DNA of 54,067 nt, filler included, from Sphacelaria rigidula (lineage: Eukaryota), in the NCBI GenBank assembly GCA_964200075.2. It is 3 parts of 3 records of this genome, joined end to end, with 100 filler letters (N's around TTAATTAATTAA, not from the genome) between each part and the next. Parts side by side here need not be neighbours in the genome. Positions count along the whole stretch, not along the records: positions 36,114 to 54,067 come from CAXNAA020000954.1; 2 more parts are not named here. One strand, given 5' to 3'. Each line of letters begins with the position of its first letter. Positions within the stretch are counted from its first letter, which is position 1. Positions 37,504-50,172 of the stretch are shown here, in pieces. The notes below the pieces were generated by a model. It was not told the DNA's origin. It did no database searches and saw only the letters and a program-made list of their open reading frames with translations. Made by a program: the position numbers and the translations under genes.

Positions 37504-40500
37504 TTGGAAGTTCCCAGCCATTTGTCACGGCACGAGAGGAAGCCTCGTCCTCATGCCCCCAAGGAAGCGCGAGCATTGACACGTACCCCTCCCGTCAGCG
37601 GAAAATTCCGACCTCATTCTCCCCCAAAAGCGGCGACTTTGAGCTCGAGGACATTGCCAGGCATCCAAGAGGAATCCAAATCGGACCTTTCAGACGGTAC
37701 CGCTTCCTCCACTGATGACCCCTGTGGCCCTTCACAGCAATCTATCTTCAATGATGACCCTTGTACTTCCAAGCCGGTCATCTACGAGATTGATCAAAAT
37801 CCTGATTCACGCTGCCCTTCACGATCGGATCACGCCTTCGTGCTGTCTACCGATACCTTTGAACCCCCTGCGGATCACCCGCCATCCGTCTTCGCGGTCC
37901 GTCCGACTAATCCTTACCAATTCACGTTATCTGAACATGGCCCTGACCTCGTTGGTGGTAAGGTGTCCGTTGATCCTACCACCTTCACTACCCGCGTAGC
38001 ATTACACTGCGGCCCTTACGCCACCACGCGCGCCAAGTGCGTCTCGTTGTTGGACAGCGGTAGTCCACAGACATTCATCGAAGAATCCATGTGGAATCAT
38101 ATGAAACAGACTAGCGCTGCTTCCGATGTTTGCGACATCACCACCCAACCTCGCGTTTGGGGCGGTTTCGGCGACCTCAAAACACCCTTGACGACACGAA
38201 AATCTGTTCGTCTTAGTGTGCAACTTTACCATAATGATACACGTTTGGCTAGACTCGCAGTCTGGACTTACATCGTCCCTGATAGCACCATGCATCATGC
38301 TCTCCTTCTTGGCAGAGATAGCTACATGCGGTTCGACCAACGTACGTACCGCACCCTCCCACCATTATCGCCTCAGTTGGCGCCTCGTGGAGAACTCCAT
38401 CTAAAACACTGTGGTACCCTCAGTGGTGCCTTAGCCTGCAAAAAGAATTAGCACGCTACCGGAGCGGCATACCACTTTCGGTACAATGGCAGTTATGGTG
38501 TCACCCTTTCCGACGAGCCTCAACTCTTGGACGTTCTGCTTGTTCGCCGCAACGGTATGCTTGCCCTCACCGGCCACTACCTTGCGGAACTGCTGCCTAA
38601 AGTTGGTGCGCCCGCTGGCACTGAGCATTTTGTCTCGGACGGCGAACAACTCCTGCCTCTCACAGGCCATGCTAATTTGGAATCTGGCGATATCTTGGGG
38701 ATCGCCGCGGCTCCTCTTATGCACATTCCTCTAGATACCTGTGTAGCCGACCCTCCGGCGCTGGGTCCCACACCGCCGACTGATGGTTATGTTCACTGCG
38801 TTGATGAGCCATACTTTGATCTATCCCCCTCACCCTCGACTCGGATTTCTGCAGTGGAATCCGACCGACCACCTGCTGAACCTCCTGATGAAGTGCTTCA
38901 ACGCTTATCGGTCGAGTCTCGGGAACACTTCCTGCAAATGTGACACCAACTTCCACCTCATTTGCGTGATATCCATTTCGACCTACATGGTCCGGGCTGG
39001 GAGCCCGCTGTCATTCAAGAGTTACACGATGTTCTCCTGGAATACCAGGACAGGTTTTCCTTATCCAAGACGGATCTCGTGCATTGTAAAACATTGCCAT
39101 TCGAGATGACCCTGCAACCTGGCGTTTCGACCATCTCATCTCGACCATATCGAACAAATCCCCTCCTCACCAAAACAGTCAATGCTATTTTGGATGCATA
39201 CTTTGGAGCTGGTCTGATTCAACACTCGTCTTCGCCATGGGCCTCACCCCTCGTGGTCGTCCCCCAAAAAGATGGCAACATACGCATCACCGTGGTTTAC
39301 AAACGGCTGATTCGCGTCACTGTCGTGGGAAAACTCCCCAGACCTCGCATCGACGAAGTCTTCGACTCTCTCGGCGAAGGAAAAATATTCAGCACCTTCG
39401 ATCTCGCATCTGGATTTTTCCAAAACTCAAAACACCTCGATACAGTTCCCTTGACAGCGTTCTGTACAACTTCAGGGCTTTATGAATGGCTTCGTATGCC
39501 ACAAGGCGCTGCCACAGCACCTGGCTGTTTTCAACGCCTCATGCAACGCGTTACTGACGGTCTCGAGCATGTTATCATATATCTAGACAATGCTATCGCT
39601 TTTGATGCCTCCCCCAAGGCGCATGTTCGCGCACTACGGGAATTCCTCTCCCGCTTGCGTACACACAACTTGAAATTGTCTCCATCCAAAGCTCGACTCG
39701 GAGCAACTGAATTGGATTCTTTGGGACACTCTATCTCTCCTGCTGGATTGCACTCAGACACGAATAAAGTCAAGGCTATGACTGATATGCGCATGCCCAC
39801 CAATATTTCGCAGCTTCGCTCGCTGTTGGGCGGACTTTCTTATTCTCGCAATTTTTTTCCCAATTTGTCCCCGCGGATCCGGCCCATCACCGATTTATTG
39901 AAGAAAAACGTCCCGTTTGTCTTCACTAAAGAAATGGAAGCTACCGTCCGCGAATTGCTCAAAACAGTGACCGAAAAACCGGTTCTTTGTTTTCCGGATT
40001 GGGATGCGGAACAAGACGACTCACGTCTTTTCCAACTACACACCGATGCTAGCACAGGTGGGTTCGGCGCAGTTTTGAATCAGCCCCAACTGGATAGCTC
40101 TGTCCGACCTATTTTTACATCAGCCGCGCAACCCTCCCAAACGAGGTACACTGGGGTCCACTCGAACTCGAAGGCGGAGTCATAACTTGAACTATTAAAC
40201 GGCTTCCACAGTACTTGTTCCACGTGCCTTTCCACATCTATACAGATCACGGAGCTCTTGAACAACTCGCTAACCTTGGAGAACATAACCCCCGCGTACA
40301 ACGGTGGCTGGAGTTCTTGACTGCTTACCAGTACACTGTTAAACACCGTCCGGGCAAAATCAACGGCAATGCTGACCTTCTTTCGCGATTGCCTCTGCCC
40401 CCTACAGCGGTAGATTTCAATCCCGCTTGCCGCTTGACTGAACCTGATGAACCAGGCGTCTACCCCATTCGGCGTTTTTCTACGCCCATCTATGCGCTTG

Positions 40501-43240
40501 ACCTGCAATGCCCCGAAACAGGTCTGCACATGGGGGGTCCCCGCCCTCTGCCCCCTGATGCAGTTTCGGATGGCTTAGCGCCCACAGCTGCTGACTTTGC
40601 CGACTTCTGCACTTCCGGCCCTCGCGCGAACATCTCGGCGCTGCCACCACCAACTTTTCACCTCATCTCCGACAATACGCGTTCTCGGACGGTAGCTCGT
40701 GCAAATTCTTCGCGTGACGTGATACCACCGCCGCCGTCGGCCGCTTCTAGCAATGCGTCGTCGCCGCCGCCTCGTGCCCCCACGAGCTGTACAACACCTA
40801 TCACAACCGGCCGCGCGCCCACTGTTGTACCGATAAAGTCCGCGCCCCTTGCGCGCCCAACGCGCCGATCACGTTCACCAGTTCGCGTTACCCCCACGTA
40901 GAATTCTGGGAATCTCCCCGCACCTGCGCCTCTGATTCGTGATCCGCATGCGTCAGATCCGCTTCCGGACCAAAATGCTAACGTCGGTACCCCTGCTTCC
41001 TCACCTGTGCCACCCCCCCCTGAGCCACCATGTTTGGTCGGCTCTCCGGCTGAAGGAAAACTTCAATAATTTACCGCTAGCTACTCTCACCGCGATTGGG
41101 CTTGCGACCAACAGCAGGGACCGCTTTGTCGCGCGACAATGCGGCTCTTACGGCTTAACTGCCCCATCCCTTTCCCGGCTGAGATTCTGACTCCCGTGGG
41201 CACTCTACCCGCCCCCACCGTTTCTGAAGTGCTCGAGCTTTCACGCAAAGGTACTCTCCTCGCGACTGACGACGACGCCCATTTGCTTGTACGCCGACCC
41301 ACCTCCCATTTGACCACAGCTGCCACAGTAATAACTGCCACTCCGGCACATATGCATCATGACGCCCCTATCCGCATCTATCTCCCCATCATGATGCGCC
41401 CGTGGGTCATGAAGGGCTGTCACTCTGATGTGTCCTGCCACTTGGGTATCACGCGCACGTTAGCACTCCTTAAAACGTTTTTATTGGTGGATCGGCATGG
41501 AAGCATCCACGGGTTTTTGGATCCGACGATGTTTCAAATGTCAGGCTCGCAAAACCTCTCGACAGACTATACGATGGCCGGTGATTTCCATGGAGCTTCC
41601 AAACGCTCCTGGGACTCTTCGTATCATTTGACTACTTCGGCCCTTTACCCACCACTGACCGTGGTAATACCTATATTCTGCTCTTCACCGATCGCTTCAG
41701 CCGTCATGCGGACATTCTCGTCCATGACTACATTAAGTACTATGGCTGCCCGAAATGGCTCCTCTCCGACAATGGTCAACAATTTTGCTCCGAACTCTCG
41801 GATGCTTTGTACAAGCTCCTCGGCATTCGCAAAATTGCCACGAGCGCCTACCACCCTAACGGTAGCGGTGAAACTGGACTTGTGAACCACACTACAGCTC
41901 AAAAGCTCTCCATGGTCGTAAACGACCGCCAGAATGGCTGCGACCTTCATCTTTCGCATGTCATGCTGTCTTACAACAATTCGGTCAACGCGGCTACAGG
42001 CCTTTCGCCCAACGAGCTACATCTTGGACGCTACCCTCGTCTGCCCATCACCGTTTTCGAAAGACATACCTTCGATGGTCACCAAGGTCTGGAACAGGAT
42101 CAGATGTCCTACCACGACCTCGCCAGGGCTCGTCAGCACAAGGCTTTCACTTTGGTGCGCGAACAACACGCTATCAACGCCTCACGCCTTGGAAGATCCA
42201 ATACCGCCCTCTATAATTTGATGCACAAACGCCCTACTTGGAAAATCGGCGATTGGGTCTGGATCTACAACAGTTTAGCCACCATCCGTCAAGGCGCTGA
42301 CCGCACTGCCCAGGCAACAGTCTTGAAGACCACACTGTCTCTTATTTGGACGGGTCCGTTCAAGATTCTCATCGTAGGACCCTCGCCAACGTCTCCAGAT
42401 GGCAAGCCTGTTGGCGACAAGCTCCTCTACCTCGATTCACCTCGTGACCATCAGGGGCATGACGCTAAATATCGCGTCTCTGTGCATCGTTGCAAGCCTT
42501 GCACGAACCCGCATGACACTACTGACATGCCTCAATACCTGAATGCAGGTCTCACTCAGTACGTGCTCAACAGCTACTCAACAAAATGTCCCCCGTACCA
42601 CGTCACCACCGATGACGTGACTGAACAACCTCTCCGCTTGGCAGTGCCTCACATTTCCGACCACCAAATCACTCGAGGCCCTGGCGGCAAAATTGCTGTC
42701 GTGTACAAGACACACTGGCAAGGTCTTCGGCGTGCGTCTTGGGGACGCGAGTCCGACCTTCAACTGCACCGTCGTGCTATCCTTCTTTATTGAACGCAAT
42801 CCCCACAGCAACAGCTCGCTGACAACAAAGGATATCGCAACATGAGACGCGGTGCTGAAGCCCGCGAACTCCACCGCGACAAAGGATTACGGTTTGTAGT
42901 CGATGGTTACGAACTCGTACTCACAAAACAATGGGACGAAAAGATTCGCGCGAAAGAACAACCGCTCTCGAAAGGTCCCTATTTGTGGTATTAAGGCAGC
43001 GATTACCTTTGGTGGCTAGGTCAGATCCACTCCGTCGATGCCCTCGCGGCTGACACATACATCGTGCGTTTCCTCGACGACCCTGGGCCCGTTCAGCATA
43101 AGCTCCGGCCCAATTTATACACGACTAGCCCCTCCGCACCCCGCGGTTCTTGGTGCCTACAACGCCTTAAGTCACACGGCCTACGCCGAGGCTTTCAGCG
43201 CAATATCGATCGTACACACGACATCAATGCACCATCTTGA
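37504..43240 (+). pseudogene. pol: pol (protease, RT, RNase H, integrase, chromodomain-like, Tudor-like), disrupted
   Basis: LLDSGS and LLLGRD (PR); SPWASPLVVV, FDLASGFFQ, RMPQG, IYLDN (YLDD mutated; RT); LHTDAS..GFGAVL, IYTDH (RH); H..H/C..C, LSDNG, SAYHPNGSG, WTGPF (IN); ISDHQ..VYKTHWQG..SW (chromo-like). Confidence 0.9.
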
Positions 43241-43842
43241 GTCCTCTCTTTTTTAAGTCCCTTTATCGCGATTTTTTCTCTCTCCTCCCAGTTTGGTTCT
43301 GGTACTTCCCCTATCCCTACTCACGTACGCTCTCCTCTTCACTGCTTCACCTACTATGGCTCTCCTATCGCGGCTCATCTCTGCCCTCATCGACCGCTTT
43401 GACGCCTTACTTTGGATCCCCTTCGCCCCCTTCCATTGGCCTCTACGCTGCCACCACTTTGTCCGGCTGGCACCCAACCCTCTTCGGGTCCTTAAGTTTC
43501 TGTTTCCCTGCTTGAGATTGCCACTGTGTCCCTTGAGACGTTTTCCTTTGCCTTTATCTAGCTAGCGCGTCAAAGCATTGTGTGCTTTTTCCATCTGTTC
43601 GCTAGCTCGCGGCAGCATTGTGTGCTACTGCGCAGTCAATCGCAATTGCGTAATTGCGCCTTTTGAGGCACCTTTGGTCTTTCTCGTTTGAGGTGTGGGA
43701 GGATCGGGCATGGGCTGGTCTTTGCCCTCTTGTTTTGTTTTCGCGTTGTCTCCTCAAAACTTGATGGGTGAGACAAGCCTCAATTTTAGTTGCTCTTGAG
43801 ATTTCATCGCAACTCAAACAGAGGTTCGTCTGGGTAGGTGAG

Positions 43843-44185
43843 TGTCATGAGGAAGGAAGAGAGAGAGGCCTTATTTGTTCCTACAGACACTTTTGGGGCA
43901 GGTTGGCTTACAGATCATCCAATCGGTCCATGAGGATTACTCCCATGGTTTTGGGGAAGGTTGGCATGCAGGCTTGCCTACCCTAGCCTCGACAGGGAGG
44001 AACGCCTTCTCGGGCCTAGGTCAGATAGGTTGCGTTGCATGCATCCTCGGTCACTCTCTGAGCTGCCCTCTGAGCTGGACCATCTGCTCCTACTGCTTAC
44101 CTTTGGTGGGAGCAGTGCGCTAGGCGAGCAAGAGAATAATAAGCGAGAATTACAAGATATCAAGCCTTCGAGCTACTGTTGACCA
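43843..44185 (+). repeat. Putative 3' LTR of the Gypsy element
   Basis: Starts TGTCA directly after a purine tract; candidate end TGACCA at 44185; no second copy in the window to confirm the boundaries. Confidence 0.5.
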
Positions 44186-44327
44186 TCAGTCACGTGAACC
44201 TGTGTGTGTGTGTGTGAAACACATATCTCTGGGATACATCATTGTACCTTGTATAGCCTGCGGCACATTGATCTATCAAGAAAGGTGTGTGGAGCCTTAT
44301 TCATATCCATCCATATTACAACAATGT

Positions 44328-44588
44328 CGTGGGTGCACAAAACAATCGCCGTAATGGTCGACGAGGGAAAGGGATTGCTGAAACCCTCTCGCGATACAAA
44401 AGAAAGCCAAGCACCGCAGAAGGAAGGTGGAGAAATAAAGCAAACAAAAAAGAAAAAAAACTCGTGTGTTGCCCTTCCTCCTGCGTGACCCCGGCTGATG
44501 CGCCCACATGTACCGCGAGGTGAAGACCGGCGTCCGGAATAAATGGGACAATAACACACACAACACACACGACACAAAACATCAACAC
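44328..44588 (+). mobile_element. 5'-truncated SINE family A copy
   Basis: CGTGGGT.CACAAAA..GGTCGA.GAGGGAAAGGGA..GCACCGCAGAAGGAAGGTGG..GACCCCGGCTG..CA tail matches the reverse complement of 52021-52243. Confidence 0.8.
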
Positions 44589-44639
44589 GTTAAACGTACT
44601 ACACAGTATAAACTCTGACCACGTTGCCCTATGTTGTAT

Positions 44640-45237
44640 CCAAGGAGCATTGCTGCGGCAATGCGATCATTATAAGAGTTTGCCCCTGTCTACTACACAG
44701 GCACGCCCGGAGGATAGAGAACACTCGCTCTATGAAGCATGACAATGGCCGGATTAGCGCCAGACCCATCGCCACGCTGTGCCAAGCTGGCAGACGGCTC
44801 CTGTTTTCCCTCAAAAACGTCAATAGGTCGTATTTAGCATCAACGTCGGTTGCCGCTAAGCGATACTCGTCCCTTTCGATAACGAGCTTGTCGACGATGT
44901 CATTCGCCACAAACAGAAACACCGTCAAGATGCTGATGTCATCCTTCGGGTACATGTGTTGCTTCATGTACGTCAAGTTCGCGAGCTTGGCAGCTTTGAA
45001 GAGTTGTATGTGTGTCGCCTCCGAGCAGGTCTCCTGGTACCGAATGCGATCGTTGGCGTATACACATACCTCGTGGACTCTATCCTGCATTCTGTTACGC
45101 AGGAGATCAGACTTGGTACTGAATGTTGTTGAAAATGGGAGCATAAATTGAGCATATATTCCAATTTACGAGCATAATTTTTGGTGAGATTACTAGCATA
45201 AAAAAATGTCCTTACTAGCATAATAAGTAGAAGCCTA
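44640..45237 (-). mobile_element. Truncated hAT remnant (dimerisation domain plus one terminus) related to 19293-20509
   Basis: LLTFLRENRSRLPAWHSVAMGLALIRPLSCFIERVFSILRACL aligns with the 19.9-kb remnant; terminus TAGGCTTCTACTTATTATGC (minus, from 45237) with GCATAA subterminal repeats; other end not found. Confidence 0.75.
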
Positions 45238-46076
45238 GATCCAACGTTCATGTGAACTCAACATATTGGGGTGACATACTACATCCGTATAGTATTAGTA
45301 TATTTCTGTGTTTTCGATCACGCATGTAAAAGGGGGTCAACCATCAAGCTATCACAATCTTACATGTCTGGGCTTCTGTCTTTGGTGCATGTCTCAGACC
45401 CACTTTTATGGCAAAAAAACTCGATTCTTTTGAGACGCCCATTTTGAAAAAAATTGGTGGGACTCAAATTCGCGGACTCGAAATCGGGGGGACCGTTTTA
45501 TGGCGCAGACAGTGCAGTATCACAGGTTTGTGAAACGGTTCTGTACACAGACGGTTATTTTCTGCATGACTGTGGTACTGCGTACTCGTGCATGAAGCCG
45601 AAGAGCAGGCAGGCGGTAAACAATCCTTCGAGTACAGTGTCGTACCTTGGTACCCTAGGGCAATACAGTGCAGGACACATCAGTACAGTACATGATACTG
45701 CTTTGTGGTTGTACATGATGGCACAGTCGGTGTTGCGAGAACGGAGAACAAACAGTGCGCGAGCAGAGTTCAGTAGTGCAGTGCCGTACATCACCCCTCA
45801 GGTACAGCGACAACAGCTAGGAGAGTACAGTAGCAGTTGTTATTATAGTGATATATATGGCAGCGCAGCGCAGCAAGAATTGTTACTAATATCGCCGCAG
45901 GGTATGGCGGTAGCACTCATTATCCGCTTGTCAAACCCCGTGCGAAGTTGCTTCAGCAGCTACGGGTGGGCAGTAGGCACGCCCTGTGCTGTAACGAGAC
46001 TGTCTTCTGCTGCCTTTGCAAATAATATCAAACGCATCATATTATAGCGTTGTACGTCGATGCACGTACGTCCCCT

Positions 46077-46174
46077 CAAAAAAATCGAGAGAAGTCACGA
46101 CCTCGGAACGGTTTGCCCCGATTTTTTCGAAAAGTCAGGGAAACCGTTCCGAGATCGTGACCCCCCGATTTTTC
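46077..46174. repeat. ~100-bp imperfect palindrome
   Basis: AAAAATCG..GTCACGACCTCGGAACGGTTT..TTTTCGAAAA..AAACCGTTCCGAGATCGTGAC..CGATTTTT. Confidence 0.8.
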
Positions 46175-46597
46175 CGCCCCTGACTTGGTCCAAATCCGTG
46201 TCCGGGTCATGCTACGATGAGGGGGGGTGTTCGATTCCACGAAAAACTTGGCTCATAGGTGCGTCAGATGATCCCACACACTCGCGATGCGCTTGTATTT
46301 GGGTAAAAGCTATGTCGAAGAGTATAAATGAGCGTTATAAATCGGAAGCATGCGCGTTCGAACTACCGTTGCTGCTATCAACGACGATTGCAAGTAGAAT
46401 TTCGTGGAAGAAAGCGGCCCAAAGTACCCCCCCCCTATCGTAGCATCACTCATCCATCACATGCGTTCCCCGATTTTTTCCCCCCCGATTTCGAAAAAAT
46501 CGAGATTCGTGCCTGCCATAAAAGTGGGTCTCACCTTTGTTGCGATATGAGCGACAGAAGGCCGATCATTGTTTTCTCTTGATACGAGGAAACACGG

Positions 46598-47012
46598 TAT
46601 GGTTACCTCCGTTATTTCATGCCTATACCAGTATCTGGTCCGTGTTTTGGTTAATGAACAGGAGGAAATGGCTAGCTTCGGTATTTCGTGTCTGCATCCG
46701 GTCTGTGATATGGTGATGGGATAAAATGGTTAGCTAAGTTATTTCATGTTTGTGCCCGGCCTGTGTTTTGGTTAGGACAAAGATAGAAATGGTTAGCTTC
46801 GTTGCATGACTATATCCGGTTTTGTGTTGATGTGAAGAAAAAATGGTTTGTTTCGCTATTTCGCTTTCATGTCCTGTCTGTGTTTGGGTACTGGGGTGAA
46901 AAAAAAGTGCTTGACTTTTGTAGCTCAAATCGATGTCTGGGCTATGTTATGGTAATTCAAAAGAAGAAATGCTCAACTTCGTCCCTTCATGTCTGGATCC
47001 GGTCTGTGTGTG
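46598..47012. repeat. Diverged ~55-65-bp minisatellite (~7 units)
   Basis: Recurrent AAATGGTTAGCTTCG..TTTCATG..CCGGTCTGTGTT. Confidence 0.7.
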
Positions 47013-48289
47013 AGGAAGGCGTATCGCTATCGTAGGGTAGACAGACTGGAGGAGGAGGCTATCTCGGGAGAGATCGTCTTGATGCCGAGGGAACTCCGGG
47101 GTGGGCGATGATTTCCTCTCGTGACATGTAGGCAAGATGTTGGGTCAGACGAGAAGTGGTCGCCTGGTGGCGACCAGTTCCTCGGGGAATGTTGGGTCGT
47201 CCTAATATCAGGCTCTTCCTGGCATCACCCCAAATTGTCTAGAATACTGTAGTTGTTTTCATTAATACAGGGTCCTCGGTAATCTGCTGGTTCCTACGTT
47301 GTACCTGCTTGCTCTGGTTCTTCATACATGTGTAGCAGCAGTCTCTGATTGTCACTGCAAAGATATGTCTTCCCAAGGTCATCCACATGTGTCCTGGTTC
47401 CACAAAGAAAAGTGGTTAGCTTCATTAATCCATGTTCACTAGGCTCTTGCTTCTTATGCGCGCATATAATTTCACATAACACAGGGGGTTAGCATGTGCG
47501 TTTTTTTTTCAAGTATGTATGTTTTGGAGATTTCGGCATACCAAAGGCATCAAAGCCAAGCTTTACGCATAACTTGGCGCATCTAGTACTCCAACAGGAT
47601 TGTGCACCTCATGTTCAGCAGCGAGCACCTGCCCACGGGTGCTTCATGTGGCGTGCTTCGTGGAATCGTGGCGGTTGTGTTCGTAATTTTTTTTTTGAAC
47701 TATGTTGCGGGTCTTATACCGGTTTAGGCTCTGTATGTGAGCTACTCATGTCCATATGAAACTTATGAAAAAACAAATGTGTCATTTTTCACATCAAACA
47801 GCGGCTCCCGTCAGAACGCCACACGCCAAACAATCCAATCCGCAACTGTACAGTGTACAGCGCACAGACCAGTACAGTGCACGGACAGTACAGCAGTGAG
47901 CACTCCACTACTCTGGCAGAGCAGAAAGAGGTCGAGGTGACCGAGGTGCGGACTCCGGCGCGTCAACAGCGCGACGCGACGGAGACCGCCGAGGAGCAGA
48001 GGGCGAGAGAAAAAGCGCAGAAGTTTTTCTAGTATGATTGATTTCTAGTAATTTTCTTCGTTTTTTTTCACCTTCTACTCTTTCATTATTATTTTCGCTG
48101 TCCTTCAAAACCGATGGACGAAGAAAAAAACGAACGAGCCTTCCTTCCAAGCAATCGTGAGATCTCGTAGTGTCCAGCGTGCAGTCTTGTTTTTTTCTGG
48201 AAGGTACATTCCATGAGCGGTGTCGCCAGGAACCCGCCAGGAACCACCTCAAGAACGACGTGAAAAAGGCCCGTAAGACCGACTCTATT

Positions 48290-49000
48290 GGGAGCCGTTC
48301 AAAATTCATGTTCAAAACTGCCCTCTTGGCCCCACTTCATCGTTTCACGCCTGAAAAGAGGGGTAGACGGATGTTGACGCCTTGAAATGACTTGCTCTAC
48401 TCGTTGAGGCCTTTCCATGGCAACGTAGCATTTCCCGCTGGCCGCACTTCCACTTTTTGCCGAACACGGATTTCAACAAACGACGGTCAAGCGACCAGAA
48501 ATCAGGGGGAAATTTTCATGGGTCGGACAAATAATGATTCGCCTGAAAATCACTCGATCCTAGTATGATGAGTCGACTCGTGAAGAATCGATCCCCAGGC
48601 TTTATTTCAGCGTTGCAACCCAGGTACAGGCAGCCCAGCCACATGGAATGGCGCAAAAGTTGCGTGGATATCACTTGGGCCAGCGACCAACGTTTTTTTC
48701 CCTCTTGGACAACCAGGCCGAAGAAATCGTAAAAATTGGTGATTTTGAGTCGTGATGATTTGTCCGAACCGTGGAAATTTTATGTCAACACCTGCCGGTT
48801 TTGTACTGAAAAATCGCGTTTGGCCTAATTTGGCCAGAAACAAAAGTGCGGCCGACGGAAATGCAAAGTTGCCCTAGAACGGCCTTAACGAGTAGAGCAA
48901 GTCATTCCAAGGCGTCAACATCCTCGAAGCCCTATTTTCGGGCGTAAATCGACGGAGAAGGGTCCAAAAGGCGGTTTTCGAGGAATTTTGAACGGCTCCC
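48290..49000. mobile_element. MITE with ~165-bp TIRs and apparent 3-bp ATT TSD (PIF/Harbinger-related group)
   Basis: ATT|GGGAGCCGTTCAAAATTC ... GAATTTTGAACGGCTCCC|ATT; arms share GATGTTGACGCCTTG.AATGACTTGCTCTACTCGTT.AGGCC. Confidence 0.85.
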
Positions 49001-49691
49001 ATTAGAGTTGGGCCAAGTCGCGCTCACCACCAAAATACGCATAAATTGGTGCACAATGTTCACTTTTGAACATGAGAAAAAAGAAGAACGCGCATTGAAA
49101 AATTGCGCACGAGAAGCAAAAGCCCGATGTCCAGACTGTACTGCACTTGGGGTAACGCCCCGTAATACCGGGCCGGACTGTACCACACTACAGTGCATGA
49201 ATGTTACGGAAGGTACGACAAATTTACCCCATTCCTCGGGTGTTCTATTTTGTTTCGCATATCCTGGACAAGAATACACGGTCCGATTGCACCGAACCAC
49301 GCGACACCCACGCGACACCCCACTCCTTCAGAAGATGACCTCCGATGTACAAGATTATGCAACCTCTCCTCTCACCACATGGGTCAGCTTTCCCCATTAG
49401 AAAAAATAACGGTGTCCCAGTCCCAACACATCGCCTACTCTGCATGGTTACGGGGTTGACAAGAGGATCAATTCGCAGAAGAGATGAGAACTGGTCTTAC
49501 GTCACGCATCTTGTCCACAGTCGGGTCTCCAAAAGTTATATCAGTCGGGCGTGCAGTGCTGGTGTCGCAGCTCGGCCAGTGACTCGTCAGATGCTGCAGT
49601 CTTCATTCCTGCCAGTCGGGTGTACGATGTCGAGGTGCGCATCTGTGCTTTGGGCATGGTGGTCGATACGATACTCGTTTCTTTTCTGCAA

Positions 49692-49716
49692 GGGTGGTGT
49701 TGAGTAAACACCAGGG
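49692..49716 (-). terminator. Histone 3' stem-loop element of H2A
   Basis: CCCTGGTGTTTACTCAACACCACCC on the minus strand ~80 nt after the stop; identical to the H2B copy. Confidence 0.82.
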
Positions 49717-49794
49717 GTTTATTTTGGCCACACCTCGCGGCGGGCACAGGTGGTGTGCCAGAGTCGAGACTTTACACGTTAAATCCGGGCAAGC

Positions 49795-50172
49795 TCAGTC
49801 CTTCTTCGCCACCTTCTTAGGAAGGAGGACAGCGTGAATGTTGGGCAGCACGCCGCCTGAAGCGATCGTCACCTCGCCGAGCAGCTTGTTCAGCTCCTCG
49901 TCGTTGCGCACAGCCAGCTGGATGTGGCGGGGCACGATACGGGCCTTCTTGTTGTCGCGAGCAGCATTACCAGCCAGCTCCAGCACCTCAGCAGTCAGGT
50001 ACTCCAGCACAGCCGCCAGGTACACGGGGGCACCGGCGCCCACACGAGACGCGTACTTGCCCTTCTTGAGGAAACGGCCGACACGGCCAACGGGGAACTG
50101 CAGGCCCGCCTTGGCAGACCTGGTTACCGACTTCTTGCCCTCACCACGTCCGCCCTTTCCCTTCCCGGACAT
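49795..50172 (-). CDS. H2A: Histone H2A, canonical type, intronless (125 aa)
   Basis: [69 protein letters not shown]; no C-terminal SQ motif. Confidence 0.99.
   Translation of the reverse strand: MSGKGKGGRGEGKKSVTRSAKAGLQFPVGRVGRFLKKGKYASRVGAGAPVYLAAVLEYLTAEVLELAGNAARDNKKARIVPRHIQLAVRNDEELNKLLGEVTIASGGVLPNIHAVLLPKKVAKKD

Larger units (their letters stand above)
36114..44185 (+). mobile_element. Decayed Ty3/Gypsy LTR retrotransposon; 5' LTR absent or lost in the gap
   Basis: Domain order gag-PR-RT-RH-IN; multiple stops and frameshifts; purine tract GGGTAGGTGAG followed by TGTCA at 43843. Confidence 0.93.
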
